Source of the DNA: an uncultured Candidatus Saccharibacteria bacterium
GTDB lineage: Bacteria; Patescibacteriota; Minisyncoccia; Phycocordibacterales; UBA9973
Length of the DNA stretch: 64,000 nt
Direction: 5' to 3'
Assembly: GCA_964482735.1 (NCBI GenBank)
Contig: CAYZYV010000004.1
Span: 65,737 to 129,736 of the forward strand
The translations under genes and the position numbers were made by a program. Positions 18,452 through 28,509 of this stretch are shown here, piece by piece. The notes under the pieces are model-generated. The model was not told the DNA's origin. It worked only from the letters and a program-made list of their open reading frames with translations, and did no database searches. Every line of letters starts with the position of its first letter. Positions within the stretch are counted from its first letter, which is position 1.

Positions 18452-19771
18452 ATGGAAACATATACAACAGCTAGGATTAATAAGGAAATATTGATTCAAG
18501 CACCAAAAATTAAATATGTATTGTATGCTCGTAAATCAACCGAATCAGAAGAAAGACAAGTGCTTTCTATTGATTCACAAGTTAAAGAAATGTTACAACT
18601 TGCTGAACGAGATGGTTTAGAAGTGGTTGAGATTAGAAGAGAATCACATAGTGCTAAAGAATCAGGTCAAAGACCTGTATACAGAGAAATATTAGAAGAT
18701 ATACGACGAGGTAGGTTTAATGGAATACTAACATGGGCACCAGATAGACTTTCAAGAAATGCAGGTGATTTAGGAAGTATAGTTGATTTAATGGATCAAC
18801 AATTGCTTTTAGAAATAAGAACATATGGGCAACATTTTAAGAATTCACCAAATGAAAAGTTTCTGTTAATGATTCTCTGTTCTCAGGCAAAACTTGAGAA
18901 TGATAACAAAAGTGTAAACGTAAAACGTGGATTAAGAACAAGGTGTGAAATGGGTTTGCGACCAGGAGTAGCACCAACTGGATACTTGAATGAAAAAAGA
19001 ACAGATAGGAAATGCCAAGCAATATTAGACCCAGAACGAGCACCAACTATCAAAAAGATGTTTGAGAAAGTAGCCTATGAACACTGGAGTGGGAGAAAAT
19101 TATATAACTGGCTTCGATTTGATTTAAACTTCAGAACATCTAATGGAAAGAAACATCTAAGTTTAGGCAATATATACAAGATACTAGATAATCCTTTCTA
19201 TTATGGAGTATTTGAATATCCTAAAAAATCTGGTAATTGGTATACAGGACAACACGAACCGTTAATAACAAAAGAATTATTTAACTTAGTCCAAGATCAA
19301 ATCAAAAGTAATGTGCTTCGAATTGAAAACAAAGAATTTGCCTTCACAAAAATGATGACTTGTGGACTTTGTGGATCTGGAATATCAGCCGACGAGAAGT
19401 TTAAGAAATACAAGAATGGAACTATTACAAGATATGTATATTATGGTTGTACTAAAGCTAGAGGTACCGACTGTAAATGTGGTTATACCGAAGAAAAAAA
19501 TATTCTCAAACAATTTGAGGAGTTAATTGAAAAAATAGATCTCAACGAGATCCAAATAAAAGAAAAAATAAAAGCTGATGTTGAAAAGTTCTCTAAAATG
19601 CAAAATTTCTTTTTAGGGACAAAAGAAAAACCCAAAATATCAAATATTGATATTCGAGGATATGCTAGATATGTATTGAAGGAAGGGAGTGATGTTGAGA
19701 AAAGAGAATTGTTGGGGTGTTTGAAAAGCAGGATATTGTTGAACAATAAGAAAATATCACTTTTGAGATAA
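18452..19771 (+). CDS. Large serine recombinase (resolvase, recombinase and zinc-ribbon domains)
   Basis: YARKST catalytic Ser, DRLSRN, CGLCG and YYGC motifs. Confidence 0.93.
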   Translation: METYTTARINKEILIQAPKIKYVLYARKSTESEERQVLSIDSQVKEMLQLAERDGLEVVEIRRESHSAKESGQRPVYREILEDIRRGRFNGILTWAPDRLSRNAGDLGSIVDLMDQQLLLEIRTYGQHFKNSPNEKFLLMILCSQAKLENDNKSVNVKRGLRTRCEMGLRPGVAPTGYLNEKRTDRKCQAILDPERAPTIKKMFEKVAYEHWSGRKLYNWLRFDLNFRTSNGKKHLSLGNIYKILDNPFYYGVFEYPKKSGNWYTGQHEPLITKELFNLVQDQIKSNVLRIENKEFAFTKMMTCGLCGSGISADEKFKKYKNGTITRYVYYGCTKARGTDCKCGYTEEKNILKQFEELIEKIDLNEIQIKEKIKADVEKFSKMQNFFLGTKEKPKISNIDIRGYARYVLKEGSDVEKRELLGCLKSRILLNNKKISLLR

Positions 19772-19806
19772 TAGTAAAAATGATCATAAAATAGTATAAT
19801 CAGTAA

Positions 19807-19956
19807 ATGAGCCAGAGTATTACTAAGATTAAAAAAGAGATGGAAATAAAACTTGCAAAGCTTCGCTTGAAGCGTAAAAGTATCATTACTCAATTTAAAA
19901 AAAGAATTGAAAAAGAGAAAATTGATCAGATTAAAAATTCAATTTTAAATAAATAA
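19807..19956 (+). CDS. Small basic helical protein (49 aa, not in ORF track)
   Basis: MSQSITKIKKEMEIKLAKLRLKRKS...; TATAAT 6 nt upstream; stop 4 nt before the next ATG. Confidence 0.5.
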   Translation: MSQSITKIKKEMEIKLAKLRLKRKSIITQFKKRIEKEKIDQIKNSILNK

Positions 19957-19960
19957 TTTT

Positions 19961-21814
19961 ATGACAACACCAGAAGAACAAAATAAAATTGAAAATAATG
20001 AAATTCTAGCTACTGTTCCAGAAAATATAGAAGAAAAAGAAATCTCACCAGAGGAATTTTTAGAGATTGCAAATACAGAAGAACAAAATTTTAAACAAGA
20101 AACTACTAATGAAATAAGTAAACTTAATTCTGTTGAACTTGACCATCAAACTTTTGAAAATATTAAGAATGAAACGGGGGTAGAAATTGAATTAAATAAT
20201 CTTAATCAAGATGCAGTAATAGTTATAGAAGATTCTAAAAACCAAGTTGCTGGGACAGAAACTATAAACGAAGCAGAATATTCCACTGAAGATGATCCTC
20301 GTTTTCGTCAGATGTTAGAAAAAGAAGCATATTTTAGATTAAAAACGTATGATAAAGATTATTTTGATAAAAACTTTTCTGGGTTATCTGAGAAAGGATA
20401 TTTAATTGATCTTGATGGTAAAGAAACTATGTCTACCCCATTAATGAATATTGGAGGTAAAACAGGCGATTTAAATTATTCTGAATTTATTAATATTACG
20501 AAACAAAAGTTTTTTAACGAATATCCTGATGCTAAGGAAAAAGAAGATCAAAAATTAAAATTACAAGAAAGTGTAAAGAATGAAGAAATAAAAAAGATTT
20601 TTGAAAATCCAAACGAAGACCCATTCTTTAAAAACATCAGTGACGATGTAGATGCTTTAATGAAATACAAAAATAGTCCACGAGCATCTGTGTTTTATCA
20701 ACACATAGAGAAATTTGTAAAAGATAATCCAGAGAAAGCAAAAGCATATTTAAAATATGGAGAAGAAAATTATACTGATACAAATTCATATCAACCATCT
20801 TGGTATGAACAATTAAAACATGTAAGCCAATTTGTAAAATTAGATAATAAAAAAGAGGACAATACTTCCTCTAAGGAGGATATAAAAGAAACACAAAATA
20901 CTCCCGAGGTACAAGAAAAATATGAGAATAGAGAAGTTTCTGATGCTTTTAAAGAAGCTGGAATGCCCTTAGACTGGAAACTTGTTGGGATGTTAGAAGA
21001 ATCACAAGAACATCAAGGTGGTAGACGTGGCAGTGGTTTTACGCAAGCAAGTCGTTATATGGCAGATATTGTAAGAAGTGAACGTTCTAGTAAAGATTTT
21101 AAAATTTTTGATAATTCTTTTAGGGATGAAATTGAAGATGGATTTTTTAAAAATGGTAATCAAGATAAATTAAAAACCGTAGATTTTCGTGACTATGTTG
21201 ATAAAAACAAATTAAAAGAAATTTCTAGTAAAATAAAAGGACCAGGAAGTAAGATATTACTTGGAATGATTAGTGATATATTTAATTCTAATAATATAGA
21301 TACTAATTTATCACATCTTCCATCTTCAAAAGAAAAAATGGAAATAGGCACATGCACAACAGCAGAAAACTACTTTTTTGATTATATGAGAGGAAATACA
21401 ATGTATGGTGATAACTTTGAAAACAAAAGAGCAAAGATGAATATTTTTAAAGACGAAAAAGGAGAACCATTATTTATGGAAAAAATTGGATTAGGTGAAA
21501 ATCATTCAGCTATATCTTTAAAAGATTTTTATTTAAATGGCATTAAGATACCAGCAGGAAGTTTGGTTGCTTTGCAATATGACAAGCCAAGTGAAGGTAA
21601 ATTAACTAGTTCGGGAAATGGTAACATTTTAGATTCAAAAATATTACAAGCAGTTGAATTTTTAAGATTTACTACATTAGTAGTTAATCCAAAAGATCGT
21701 GAGCAAACTTTTGGAGAACATCTTAAATGGCAAAAAGAACAGGATATAAAGGGAGCAGAAGATTTAACCTTAAATGAAGTAATTGATAAATGTAAGAAAG
21801 AAGTGTCTGTTTAA
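19961..21814 (+). CDS. Hypothetical acidic protein (617 aa)
   Basis: Long ORF with no recognised motif. Confidence 0.7.
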   Translation: MTTPEEQNKIENNEILATVPENIEEKEISPEEFLEIANTEEQNFKQETTNEISKLNSVELDHQTFENIKNETGVEIELNNLNQDAVIVIEDSKNQVAGTETINEAEYSTEDDPRFRQMLEKEAYFRLKTYDKDYFDKNFSGLSEKGYLIDLDGKETMSTPLMNIGGKTGDLNYSEFINITKQKFFNEYPDAKEKEDQKLKLQESVKNEEIKKIFENPNEDPFFKNISDDVDALMKYKNSPRASVFYQHIEKFVKDNPEKAKAYLKYGEENYTDTNSYQPSWYEQLKHVSQFVKLDNKKEDNTSSKEDIKETQNTPEVQEKYENREVSDAFKEAGMPLDWKLVGMLEESQEHQGGRRGSGFTQASRYMADIVRSERSSKDFKIFDNSFRDEIEDGFFKNGNQDKLKTVDFRDYVDKNKLKEISSKIKGPGSKILLGMISDIFNSNNIDTNLSHLPSSKEKMEIGTCTTAENYFFDYMRGNTMYGDNFENKRAKMNIFKDEKGEPLFMEKIGLGENHSAISLKDFYLNGIKIPAGSLVALQYDKPSEGKLTSSGNGNILDSKILQAVEFLRFTTLVVNPKDREQTFGEHLKWQKEQDIKGAEDLTLNEVIDKCKKEVSV

Positions 21815-21935
21815 TAAAAAATTGGTTAATTTTAAATAAATATCAATAAAACAAAAAAGAGTATTTAAAATACTCTTTTTTGTTTGCTAGTACATGTTTT
21901 TTATAAACGACACATCTCGTGCTATCACGACTCTG

Positions 21936-22022
21936 CGGAAGCGGTGAGATTCGAACTCACGAGGAGCTTTCACCCCTAACAGTTTTCAAGACTGTCTCGT
22001 TAGACCACTCCGACACGCTTCC
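21936..22022 (-). tRNA. tRNA-Ser(TGA)
   Basis: GGAAGCG/CGCTTCC acceptor, CTTGAAA loop, long variable arm. Confidence 0.95.
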
Positions 22023-22037
22023 GCTACCAACATTACA

Positions 22038-22517
22038 CTATTTTGGTGTTTTTTTCAAGATACCCCTATTTTTTAATATATGTTCCTCGTAATGGCAGTT
22101 GGGGCAAAGAATTTCTAGATTTTCTTCTTTATTATCGTTTCTCTTCCTGTTTTTATGATGAATTTGTAGAATGCTTTGATTGCTGTATCCGCAACGTTCG
22201 CAAACCACCCCTCTCTTTTTAAACAATTTTATTTTTAGAGATCTTGCCTTTTTTGCGAGATCTTTTGGTCTACCAATTTTATAATTTATTCCTGTGCGAT
22301 ATATATTGGCGCACTTTCTACTACAAGTTTTCTTGTTTAAGCCAGACAAAATTGGGACACCACACACAAGACAGGGAATCTCTTTTCTACAATATATTCC
22401 ATAACATTTTTGACTACAGAATACAGTTCCATTTTTAATTTGGCCAGGTCTCCGATATATCTTCTTGTGACATATCTGACAAATGGTATTTGGTTTTCTA
22501 ATATATAATTCTTTCAC
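22038..22517 (-). CDS. HNH endonuclease with zinc-ribbon repeats
   Basis: CxxC...FCS..C repeats and CERCG...IHH....N...NL..LCPNCH...H; probable GTG start after TATACT (track start 22556). Confidence 0.85.
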   Translation of the reverse strand: MKELYIRKPNTICQICHKKIYRRPGQIKNGTVFCSQKCYGIYCRKEIPCLVCGVPILSGLNKKTCSRKCANIYRTGINYKIGRPKDLAKKARSLKIKLFKKRGVVCERCGYSNQSILQIHHKNRKRNDNKEENLEILCPNCHYEEHILKNRGILKKTPK

Positions 22518-22583
22518 TAATCCAGTATACCAAAAAAGTCTAGAATAATAAAACACCCTCGATTTGAATCGAAGGTGTTTTAT

Positions 22584-22814
22584 TTATATTTTTGTTTTAA
22601 ATAATCCAAGCAACTCAGATGGTTTTTTCTTTGCGACAAGGAATATATAGATTATTTCAATAATACCGAAAGTATTTAATACTAATAATATTATAAACCA
22701 AAGTTTATGTCTTTTTTATGCAGCAATCCACAGACTAAGACCTTTCCAGGGAAGAACCCAAAAAATAGTTATAATTAAGAACCAAATACTGTTAGTTGAT
22801 ATAAAAGCTTCCAT
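22584..22814 (-). pseudogene. DUF5652-like small membrane protein with an in-frame TAA
   Basis: W.LPWKGLSLWIAA*KRHKLWFIILLVLNTFGIIEIIY; stop at 22716-22718. Confidence 0.7.
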
Positions 22815-22871
22815 ATAAATTACATTTTATCAAAAATGTTTTTTGCCTGCAATGTGTGATAATATATTGAT

Positions 22872-23318
22872 ATGAGATATCTAGGAATAGACTATGGAGA
22901 AAAAAGGGTGGGGCTTGCTATGTCTGATGACGATGGCAAGATTGCTTTTCCTTATAAAATTTTATTAAACAACCTAGAACTAAATGATGCCATCCATAAT
23001 ATTTGCGGACAGGAAGAAATTTCAGCGATCGTATTAGGGGAATCTTTTAACTCAAATGGGGAGAAAAATAAAATAATGGGCAGCATTGAAGAATTCAAGA
23101 AAAACATAGAAGGGGAGCTTGGTCTTCCTGTTTATTTAGAAAAAGAGTTTATGACTACTGTTTTTGCAAGAGAGTTGATGGGTGAGGCATCTGGCTTTTT
23201 GAAAAAAAACACAAAGATCGCAAAGAAGGTCGCTAAGAAAAAAATAGATAGCGCAGATGCTTCGGCAGCTACGCTAATTTTACAGAGATTTTTAGATAGA
23301 AAAAATATCAATAACTAG
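22872..23318 (+). CDS. ruvX: Putative pre-16S rRNA nuclease RuvX/YqgF
   Basis: YLGIDYGEKRVGLA, E..TT and DA.AA.LILQ.FLD motifs. Confidence 0.92.
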   Translation: MRYLGIDYGEKRVGLAMSDDDGKIAFPYKILLNNLELNDAIHNICGQEEISAIVLGESFNSNGEKNKIMGSIEEFKKNIEGELGLPVYLEKEFMTTVFARELMGEASGFLKKNTKIAKKVAKKKIDSADASAATLILQRFLDRKNINN

Positions 23319-23355
23319 AAAAACAAAAAACTACGCAAGTCTGACCTTGTGTAGC

Positions 23356-23859
23356 TTAAAGTATTTCACCCAGATATCTCCACAGAGAAAATCCAGTATA
23401 TAGGAAAATGTGATAATAAATTTGTATTAGTAATATGTTTCTTAAGAAAGACCATTTGATATTCTTTCCTGAGAAGCCATTGTACAATCCATAACCATTC
23501 CTGTAACAAATCACCGGGAGACCTGGATTCTTAAAAGACAGCAATAATCCAAGGATAAACCTACCTTTATTTATCCACTTAAGAATAAAATGAATAAGTT
23601 TGTTTGCGTCCGGTATCTCTTCATTAAGAGACATAGCTTTTTTGAGCGTCTCTATAAATAAGAAATCTTTTTTATACTTATCGTACAAAGTTACAGACAT
23701 GACACCTATTACTAAGTAGATCAGAATTGTTGTCACTAAGCTGGTGATGTATCCAAATTTAATTATCAGGAAGGGGGTTAACCCTATATCTATAATCTCT
23801 TTAACTGCAAGGTTAAGGAGAAATATAGATCCAAAACGGACTATTTTTACGTTCTCCAT
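23356..23859 (-). CDS. Hypothetical membrane protein
   Basis: 167-aa hydrophobic ORF. Confidence 0.6.
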   Translation of the reverse strand: MENVKIVRFGSIFLLNLAVKEIIDIGLTPFLIIKFGYITSLVTTILIYLVIGVMSVTLYDKYKKDFLFIETLKKAMSLNEEIPDANKLIHFILKWINKGRFILGLLLSFKNPGLPVICYRNGYGLYNGFSGKNIKWSFLRNILLIQIYYHIFLYTGFSLWRYLGEIL

Positions 23860-23945
23860 AACCTTTAGTTTTTAATGATTTTTACCCATACTAGCACACT
23901 TTTAAAATTTTTGCTTTAGAGTAAATTTTGTCGTATATTATAAAA

Positions 23946-24299
23946 ATGGAATACATATCTTATGAAGAATTTAAAAAAATGGATATCAGGGTTGGAACGA
24001 TTAAAGAAGTAAAGGAAGTTCCAGAAACAGACAAGCTTCTTTGTTTCCAAATAGACTTTGGAGAAGTTGACGAAGAGGGAAATAAGAAGCTTCGTCAAAT
24101 AGTTTCTGGCCTTCACGAATATTATCCTGATTTCGAGAAGTTGGTAGGTAAACAACTCTTATATATTATTAATCTAGAGCCAAGAAAAATAAAAGGTTAT
24201 GAATCGAACGGGATGCTCATGGCTGTAGATGGGGTAGATGGTCGTCCTATTTTCTTGGTCCCAGAGACCGAAGCACTTTCTGGAGCTCGGGTTCACTAA
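23946..24299 (+). CDS. tRNA-binding OB-fold protein (CsaA / MetRS C-terminal type)
   Basis: DIRVGTI, TDKLL, RQIVSGL and NLEPRKI.G.ES.GM motifs. Confidence 0.88.
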   Translation: MEYISYEEFKKMDIRVGTIKEVKEVPETDKLLCFQIDFGEVDEEGNKKLRQIVSGLHEYYPDFEKLVGKQLLYIINLEPRKIKGYESNGMLMAVDGVDGRPIFLVPETEALSGARVH

Positions 24300-24372
24300 A
24301 TTTTGTGCAATTTTAAAAGAGCAACTTGTGTTGCTCTTTTAAAATATTTTTCTAATTATTTAAAATAAATAT

Positions 24373-24918
24373 CTATCCGATTTGTTCTTTCTTGTTTTTT
24401 AATAATCCTTTAGCACCTACCACACCCTCATATACACCAAGTGCGGTAATAATAGCCATAGCAACTCCTGTTCCCATTACTCCACCTGAAGTTTCGAAGA
24501 ATGTATCATTGTTCTGTGCAACCTCCAGTGCTTTTTCTAAAGCACCACCCGCAAGAGCTGTCACTGTGGCACTTCCTGTCAAAACCAAAAAACCATTCAT
24601 TAGTTTATCTAAATTGGTTTTAAGTTTTGATTGTTCATTATCTGTTAGTATTTCAAAATATTCTGGATTTTCAGAATATTCCTTTAATACTTCTTTTGCC
24701 CCATTAATATTTTTTTGAATATCTGGTAATTTTTCTATTTTTTGTTCAGGTTTAAAATTCTCCATAACCTTAGTTTTTTTCTTAGATATTAAAATAGACC
24801 TTACTTCTGACAGTGTGTTGTCTAGTTCTTTTAGAAAAGAAGAAACTTCTTCCTCGCTCGCTTGATTATCTCTAATCTTTTGGCTTAGTTTTTTAAATTC
24901 CTCTGTATTCATATACAA
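24373..24918 (-). CDS. Hypothetical membrane protein
   Basis: Helical N-terminus and two Gly/Ala-rich TM segments. Confidence 0.55.
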   Translation of the reverse strand: MYMNTEEFKKLSQKIRDNQASEEEVSSFLKELDNTLSEVRSILISKKKTKVMENFKPEQKIEKLPDIQKNINGAKEVLKEYSENPEYFEILTDNEQSKLKTNLDKLMNGFLVLTGSATVTALAGGALEKALEVAQNNDTFFETSGGVMGTGVAMAIITALGVYEGVVGAKGLLKNKKEQIG

Positions 24919-25111
24919 AGTATTATATACCCCCTACTTTTTTATACAAACACAGATAGAAAATTGATTTTTGCGTTTATTTTTTAAAATACAAATTTAT
25001 TTAGAATAAGCTCCACCATTCTTGTAAAAATCTACATCTTGCAATTTTATACAAAATGTGTTATTATATGATTTAATTAAGTTATATTTACAAATAAAAA
25101 AGGAGGTAAAA

Positions 25112-26362
25112 ATGAATGATCCGTATGCAGGATTTACCAAGTCCGTTCTTTCTAATGGGCTTGAGGTCCATTCTGTTTTTTGGGATCGTCCTTGGATAGT
25201 AGTGGAAATTGTTGTTCACAGTGGCGGGCGAGAGGATCCAATGACTATGCCAGGGCTTGCCCACTTTGTGGAACATGTTGTTTGCGAAAACATTCCTGGC
25301 CGAGAGTTTAATTTTGTCAAAGAGTTCTTCGAGAACTGTGGTGGGCGAGCCCATTTTGGAAGCACATGCTATCTCTCTACCCAATATAGATTTAGTATTC
25401 CTACTGACCACACTCTCTTTCGTGAAGCCCTTTCGATTTTTGGATCGATGCTTCTTGACGTTCATATTGATAAGAATGTGGAACGTGAACGCAATGTTAT
25501 CTTCCGCGAATTCAATGGACGATACCCATTTATTGAAAAACTGGATTGGGACATGTCTATTCGAAGATCACTGTTTAAAGGACACCGTCTTGAAACGTGG
25601 AATCGACCTCTTGGTCGCCCCGAGGGTTTTCTTTCGATTAAGGAATCAGACCTTCAGGAATTCTATGACAAACATTACGTTCCGGCGAACATTAGTTTGG
25701 TAATCGTCGGCGGTTTTAAAACCGAAGAGTTGATTGCTGAGCTAGAAACGAGTTCTTTTGGGATGGTAAAAGATGGTGTAAGAAATTCGATTCCACAACC
25801 ACCATATCAAATTCAAATTCCTACAGAAAAGTCAAAAACTGTGAAATTATCTGACCACTCTAGTTTTAAGACTGATCAGACAGAATACAGTGCGACATGG
25901 GCTTTTCCAGCTGATTTCCCGTGGCAGTCACGCAGAGTTTTTAACCAAATGCTTCGAGATGTTCTATTCCATGAGATTCGTGAAAAAAGAAGTCTCGCCT
26001 ACAGTATAGGAACGGACTATACAAACTTCCAGGATGTATATGAATATGTTATTGGAAGTAGAATTAACCCTGATGCCACTCCATACATTGATGAACTTGT
26101 TCGGAAATGTATTGAAATGGTTCCGTCGAGGCGTGATTTGTTCGAGCGTAAACTCAGGTCACTTAAACAGAGTTATCGGATGGTTGATCTTTCGGGGCGA
26201 GATTTAGCCAACCTCTCAGCTAGAGATTTGTCTTCGGACTATAGAATTGTTACCTTACAAGAAGAATTGGATGATTTAAACAAGGTAACGTTTGATCAGA
26301 TGACCGAAGTAGCTGCCATTCTCTGCCCAGAGAACCAATACACTTTCATCGTTTGTCCTTAA
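25112..26362 (+). CDS. M16 (insulinase) family zinc peptidase
   Basis: GLAHFVEH (HxxEH), FYDKHYVPAN and EIREKRSLAY motifs; visibly higher GC. Confidence 0.9.
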   Translation: MNDPYAGFTKSVLSNGLEVHSVFWDRPWIVVEIVVHSGGREDPMTMPGLAHFVEHVVCENIPGREFNFVKEFFENCGGRAHFGSTCYLSTQYRFSIPTDHTLFREALSIFGSMLLDVHIDKNVERERNVIFREFNGRYPFIEKLDWDMSIRRSLFKGHRLETWNRPLGRPEGFLSIKESDLQEFYDKHYVPANISLVIVGGFKTEELIAELETSSFGMVKDGVRNSIPQPPYQIQIPTEKSKTVKLSDHSSFKTDQTEYSATWAFPADFPWQSRRVFNQMLRDVLFHEIREKRSLAYSIGTDYTNFQDVYEYVIGSRINPDATPYIDELVRKCIEMVPSRRDLFERKLRSLKQSYRMVDLSGRDLANLSARDLSSDYRIVTLQEELDDLNKVTFDQMTEVAAILCPENQYTFIVCP

Positions 26363-26406
26363 AACAAGGCAGAGACCGTTGAACCAAAAACTCAACGGTC
26401 TTTTTG

Positions 26407-26838
26407 TATCTAATTAACTTTTCGATTCCTTGGACCATAATTTGGTCAGGAATAATTTTGTTGTCGTCACAACAAAATTTTCACGACCCTGACTCGCGAT
26501 TTTGTCCGTTGACAAAATTATCGCTCCGTCTCACAAAAGCAAAAAAGAGCAAAGAAGTTTGCTCTTTTTAAATAGAACAGGGTGATCACGAGTCACTAAA
26601 TATTTTGCTTCAAGTATTCTCAAAATATGTAAGTGCTCGCGACCCCGGCTCATGGTTTCGTCTGCTGACGAAACATCACTGCGCCCGCACAAACTGCCCG
26701 CAGATAAAGAAGTTTATCTGCTTTTTGCAATTTGTGCCCCCGCGAGGAATCGAACATTACATGTTCAGTGCAGGTTATTGATATTTTATTTCGCTAGCTC
26801 ATAAAATATCTAATTAACCTTTTCGATTCCTTGGACCA
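26407..26838. repeat. Hairpin-rich region bounded by an approx. 31-bp direct repeat, containing a duplicated tRNA-Arg 3' end
   Basis: 26407-26437 matches 26807-26838; 26734-26755 equals the tRNA 3' end at 26878-26899. Confidence 0.75.
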
Positions 26839-26875
26839 CAAAAAAATTACCGGCATAAAACCGATAATTTTTTCA

Positions 26876-26950
26876 TGGTGCCCCCGCGAGGAATCGAACC
26901 TCGAATAACGGCTTAGAAGTCCGCAGTTATATCCATTTAACTACAGGGGC
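26876..26950 (-). tRNA. tRNA-Arg(TCT) with encoded CCA
   Basis: CTTCTAA loop, GGTTCGATTCC T-arm, ...GGGGGCACCA end. Confidence 0.95.
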
Positions 26951-26967
26951 ATCTGTAAAACTTACTG

Positions 26968-27040
26968 TGCGCGGTAAGAGACTTGAACTCCTGACCTTCC
27001 CGGTGTAAACGGGTTGCTCTACCAACTGAGCTAACCGCGC
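26968..27040 (-). tRNA. tRNA-Val(TAC)
   Basis: GCGCGGT/ACCGCGC acceptor, TTTACAC loop. Confidence 0.95.
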
Positions 27041-27181
27041 ATTTTTTGTATTATTATTTAAACCAACGATATTATGTGTTTCTCACGGGTCGCTACAACT
27101 GAGCTAACCGCGCGTTATTTTGTTGGTAATTGAATCATATCATATTTTCAAAAAAACTCAATAATGTGCTAGGATGTCGTT

Positions 27182-27976
27182 ATGAAGATAGATATTTTAT
27201 ACGAAGATAAAGATTTAATGGTTTTAGATAAACCTGCGGGAATTGCTGTACACGGAGACGGTAAGAATAAAAAAGAAAAGACTGTTGCTGATTGGATTTT
27301 AGAAAATTATCCTAAATTAGAAAAAGTAGGGGAGCCCATGGAAATAGAATACAAGGGAGAAAACATAAAACTTTCTCGCCCCGGGATAGTTCATCGTTTA
27401 GACAGAGAAACATCAGGAGCTTTGCTTGTAGCCAAAAATCAAAAAACATTTTTATTTCTTAAAAATCAATTTCAAAACCACGAAGTGAAAAAAACTTACC
27501 GTGCTTTTGTTTATGGTTTTGTTACTGACCCCAAAGCTTCTTTGGCGACAGGTAAGAAGGGTATTATAAATGCTCCTATCGGACGTTCGTCAAATGATAT
27601 TAGGGCTTACACTGCAGGACGAGGGGCAAAGGAACCTGTTCGTGATGCTATAACCGAGTACATAATTTTAAAAAAGTTTTCTGACACGAAAACCGAAGAA
27701 GGCAGGAAGAACCAAGAACATCAATTTACATATGTTGAGGCTTATCCTAAAACAGGACGCACCCATCAGATACGTGTTCATATGAGGTATATTAATCACC
27801 CTGTAGTTTCAGATCCTATTTACAGAGGTTCAAAAGAAAAATCCTTAGGTGTGAACAGACTAGCTCTTCATGCGTATTCAATAAATTTCATATTGCCAAA
27901 CGGTGAGCGAAAAACAGTCATTTCTCCTTTACCTGTAGATTTTGAGAAGGTTGTAAAGAAATACAGCCTAGAATAA
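27182..27976 (+). CDS. RluA family RNA pseudouridine synthase
   Basis: [15 protein letters not shown] and [10 protein letters not shown] motifs. Confidence 0.95.
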   Translation: MKIDILYEDKDLMVLDKPAGIAVHGDGKNKKEKTVADWILENYPKLEKVGEPMEIEYKGENIKLSRPGIVHRLDRETSGALLVAKNQKTFLFLKNQFQNHEVKKTYRAFVYGFVTDPKASLATGKKGIINAPIGRSSNDIRAYTAGRGAKEPVRDAITEYIILKKFSDTKTEEGRKNQEHQFTYVEAYPKTGRTHQIRVHMRYINHPVVSDPIYRGSKEKSLGVNRLALHAYSINFILPNGERKTVISPLPVDFEKVVKKYSLE

Positions 27977-28019
27977 AGGGGGATTGCATAAAATAGCTTT
28001 ATATGATAAAGTAGAGCCC

Positions 28020-28430
28020 ATGGAAATAACAAAGTCAAAATTTACACCAGTAGAGTTAAATGAACGAAAAAACCTTGATTTTAAATCAGGAGATACTGTT
28101 CGTGTCTGGAGTAAAATCATAGAAAAAGGAAAGACTCGTCTGCAAGCTTTTGAAGGACTTGTTTTGTGCCGAAAGCATGGCAAAGAAGCAGGTGCGACTT
28201 TCACTGTGCGAAAAGTTTCAATGGGTGTTGGTGTAGAAAAAATATTTCCTCTTTTCTCTCCTAATATAGGAAAAATAGAAATATTAAAGAAAGCAAAGAC
28301 AGGACGAAGTAAACTATACTCAATTCGAAACAAAGCAGTTAAAGAAGTAAGGAAGAGACTAAAGAGTGTAACTATTGCTAAAGAACAAAACGCTGTAGTT
28401 GAAGAAGAAAATACAAAAGTAGAAGAATAA
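28020..28430 (+). CDS. rplS: 50S ribosomal protein L19
   Basis: GDTVRV, RLQAFEG and FTVRK..GVGVEK.FP motifs. Confidence 0.96.
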   Translation: MEITKSKFTPVELNERKNLDFKSGDTVRVWSKIIEKGKTRLQAFEGLVLCRKHGKEAGATFTVRKVSMGVGVEKIFPLFSPNIGKIEILKKAKTGRSKLYSIRNKAVKEVRKRLKSVTIAKEQNAVVEEENTKVEE

Positions 28431-28509
28431 TAAAACCCCGACAAAAGTCGGGTTTTATTATTGAAAAAAACTAGTAGACGTTTTCTCTTTGAGGTGATAA
28501 AATGTTAAT

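Larger units (their letters stand above)
18295..21922. mobile_element. Putative serine-recombinase island next to tRNA-Ser
   Basis: 15/17 direct repeat at 18295-18311 and 21906-21922. Confidence 0.5.

Noticed and set aside
15477-22556. Prophage
   Set aside because: No capsid, terminase, portal or tail genes are recognisable; only a recombinase and cargo genes.
22716-22718. Stop-codon reassignment
   Set aside because: TAA ends most genes here and TGA ends others (e.g. 5952), so code 11 fits; an isolated nonsense change is simpler.
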